Positions 60,830 to 64,000 of a stretch of 64,000 nucleotides of DNA are shown one piece after another. Position 1 is the first letter of the stretch. Every line of letters starts with the position of its first letter. Position numbers and translations under genes: made by a program. The notes under the pieces are model-generated. The model was given only the letters and a program-made list of their open reading frames with translations. It was not told the DNA's origin and searched no databases. The stretch comes from Paragordius varius (taxonomy: Eukaryota; Animalia; Nematomorpha): NCBI GenBank assembly GCA_964247055.1, contig OZ176058.1:4464001-4528000 (forward strand). Direction: 5' to 3'.

Positions 60830-62120
60830 AAAAAATGGCTTTTATATTGTAATTCTCTTGTCTACTATGCGTGATTGTTTGCAAAAAAAATATTATATAA
60901 TTTAAAATAAATTTATTTTAATAAATACTTTTTATGAATTTTTATTTTATTTATTTTAATTTAATTTTAATAAATTGTAAATTTTGGGTTTTTTGAAAAA
61001 AATAAATAATTTTTAAATATAAAATGGCTTTTATATTGTAATTCTTGTCTACTATGCGTGATTGTTTACAAAAATGTTATATAATTTAAGATAAATTTAT
61101 CTAAACACATGTATAAAAAATACTTTTTTTATAATTTTTAATATATATATAATTTATATATTGGAAATTTTAGTTTTGGTTTTTAAAAAATAATTTTTAA
61201 TACAAAATATGCGATTTATATTGTAATTGTCTACTATACGTGATTGTTGCAAAAATATTATAATTCCAAATAAATTTATTTAAAGATATGTATAATAAAT
61301 AGTTTTTTATAACTTTTATGAAAATTTTTTATATAAATATTTGAAATTATAGATTTTGCTTTAATTTTAAAAATAATTTTCAAATATAAAATGGCTTTTA
61401 TATTGTAATTCCTGTCTACTATGCGTGATTGTTTGCAAAAAATATTATAATTCCAAATTAATTTATTTAAATAAATGTGTAAAATATACTTTTTTGTAAT
61501 TTTTTTATATAATTTATTTTAGGAAATTATAAATTTTTTGCTTTTTAAAAAAAAATTATTTTTAACACAAAAAATGGCTTTTATATTATAATTCTTGTCT
61601 ACTATGCGTATTTGTTTTTGAAAAAATATTTTATAATTTAAAATTTATTTACATAAAAATACTTTTTCATAATTTTTTTTGTTTATAAAATATATTTGAA
61701 ATTATAGATTTTGGTTTAATTTGAAAATAATTTTTAAATACAAAAAATGGCTTTTATATTGTAATTCTTCTCTACTATGCGTGATTGTTGAAATATTATA
61801 ATTTAAAATAAATTTATTAAATAAATGTATAATAAATACTTTTTTTATAATTTTTTATTTTGTTTATTTTAATTTAATTTAATAAATTATAGATTTTGGT
61901 TTAATTTTGAAAAAAATTTTTAAATACAAAAAAATGGCTTTAATATTGTAATTCTTGTCTACTATGCGTGATTGTTGCAAAAAATATTATAATCAAACAA
62001 ATTTATTAATTAAACATTAATAAATACTTTTTTATAAGTTTTTCTTTTGTTTATACTTAATATATTTGAAATTATAGATTTTGGTTTAATTTTGAAAATG
62101 ATTTTTAGCACAAAATATGC
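60830..62120 (+). repeat. ~183-bp tandem array (7 copies) of a LysRS 3'-flank motif
   Basis: AAAATGGCTTTTATATTGTAATTCTTGTCTACTATGCGTGATTGTT at ~60834, 61021, 61205, 61389, 61572, 61744, 61931; single copy at ~9460 and ~21940 (reverse complement). Confidence 0.88.
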
Positions 62121-64000
62121 GTTGAGGGAAAATTGATATAAATTTCTTTAATTCGTATGCCTTAAAACTAAAAACATCATTAGGATAAATGCTTTAAGAC
62201 TATAATAGTATATTTTTCGCAAATATTAATAAAAAAATGAAATTTATTAAAAATTAGTTTTAATTAAATTCAAAATTTTAATAAAACTCAAAGTTTAAAT
62301 CTATTTATATGTATAAAACTATCGTCTCACAGTTACTTGGCCTTACTTGTTTTTTCGCTATATCAATATTAAATTTTTTAAAATTTCATATTAATTAACA
62401 CCCTAATATATTAATAAATCCCGAAAATAAATTTTAATAATACGGACGAAACGTAAAAATATAGAAATAAATATTTTTTCTAAAAATTAAATTTATAAAT
62501 TATAAAGTATTGTTTAAAATAAAAAGTATCAAATAGCGAATATTTTATATTTGTAAATCAATTCTATATTTTAAAAATTGTAATGAAATAGCTTATATAA
62601 GAAAAATTAAGGTTTAAAAAAGTATGGTTGTCTTTTTTTGAAAAAAAATTTGTCGATATATTTTTACGTTTTGTCCGTATAATTTCATTTTTTATTATAT
62701 TATATTTTACACCTCCTATCCATTTTTCGTTAAAAATTCAAGATTTAAAAAAAATATTTTTTTTAAAAAATATTTGTCCTTATATTTTTATGTTTAATTT
62801 TAAATTTTACTGTATTAAATAACTGTCGGATTAATTGTCCAACTGAAATTTATATTATAAAATTTTATTTTAAAGTGTCAATTTAAGCGCATGATTGTTT
62901 TTAGAGTAAAAACTGAAATTATACGGAAACCTCAAAATATAAAGACAATTTTTTTTTTCTAAAACACTACCATACTTTTTAAAACTTCATTCAAAAAGAT
63001 AACTACTTGTTTTAAATTGCAAAGTATAAAATTGATATGTATATTGGTCACACAATCAATTATATATTTTACAATTGGAATTATATGAGAAAAATTAGGC
63101 TTGATAAAAGTATGGTTGTCTTTTAGAAAAAAATTTGTCTTATATTTTTACTTTTTGAATTTTAGTTTTTACTGTAATAATATATTTTTTGCAAAATATA
63201 ATAAAAAGATTTGAAATTTATATCAAAATTATTTTAATTAAATTCAAAATTTAATGTAATTACTCAAAGTTTAATTCTATTTATATGTATAAAACTATCA
63301 CCTCAAAGTTACTTGGCATTTCTTGTTTTTTCGCTACTTATCAATATGCTTAAATGTTTTTAAATGTCCTTATTAATGGACACCTAAATCCCAAAAATAA
63401 AAATTTAAATTATACGGACAAAACGTAAAAATATAAAGATAAAAATATGTTTCCTAAACAATTTTGATTTTTATATTATAAATCATTGTTTAAAATAAAA
63501 AGTGTTAAATAATATTTTTAGTAAATTAATTTTATATTTTACAAATTGTAATGAAATAGCTTATATAAGAAAAATTAGGAATTAAAAAGTATGGTTGTAT
63601 TTTATAAAATATTTATATTTATATTTTTATGTTTAATTTTTAATTTTATTGTATTAAATTTTACATGTCTCATCACCTTTAGGTTAGAAATCCAAGATTT
63701 AAAAAAAAATTCTAAAAAAATTTCGTCCGTATATTTTTACGTTTAATTTTAAATTTTACTGTATTTAATAACTGTCGGAATATTTGCACAACTAAAATTA
63801 GTATTTTATTATATTACATTTTAATTATAAGTGTCAATTCAAGCGCACAAATGTTTAAACGTGGAAAAATATGATTTTGACATGTAAAATATTACTCTTT
63901 TAATAGTATATAAAAATTAATATAATTTTATCAGCAAATAAAATAAATTTATTTAATGACTTTTATATCTAAATTTAATTTAATTAAAATTATTTTCCAG

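Larger units (their letters stand above)
59410..64000 (-). repeat. Inverted third copy of the LysRS-3'/KChIP-3' intergenic block, continuing beyond the window
   Basis: The reverse complement matches 8430-10290 and 20860-23500 (e.g. 63840-64000 vs ~8430-8600; 62120-62200 vs 9230-9330). Confidence 0.85.

Overview
This is extremely AT-rich eukaryotic (probably metazoan) genomic DNA with GT-AG spliceosomal introns, so the ORF track shows only exon fragments. All coordinates were read by hand. Main contents: (1) a complete 15-exon lysyl-tRNA synthetase gene on the minus strand (55957->22021; 2223-nt CDS, 740 aa) with a probable mitochondrial presequence and four large lineage-specific insertions; (2) two intact tandem copies of a KChIP/calsenilin-like EF-hand gene on the plus strand (1205-8412 and 14560-20845), each with two alternative first exons; (3) orphan duplicates of the LysRS 3' end (exons 14+15 at 9541-10441, minus; exon 15 at 60738-60791, plus, in an inverted block running off the window end); (4) two non-autonomous DNA-transposon families, a TA-flanked Tc1/mariner-like MITE and a TATA-flanked foldback-like element with 21-bp subterminal repeats. 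The most striking feature is that most LysRS introns are built from tandem 'echoes' of their own splice junctions. Copies of exon tail+GT stack on the donor side and copies of AG+exon head stack on the acceptor side, with no interleaving seen. No rRNA, tRNA or CRISPR was found.
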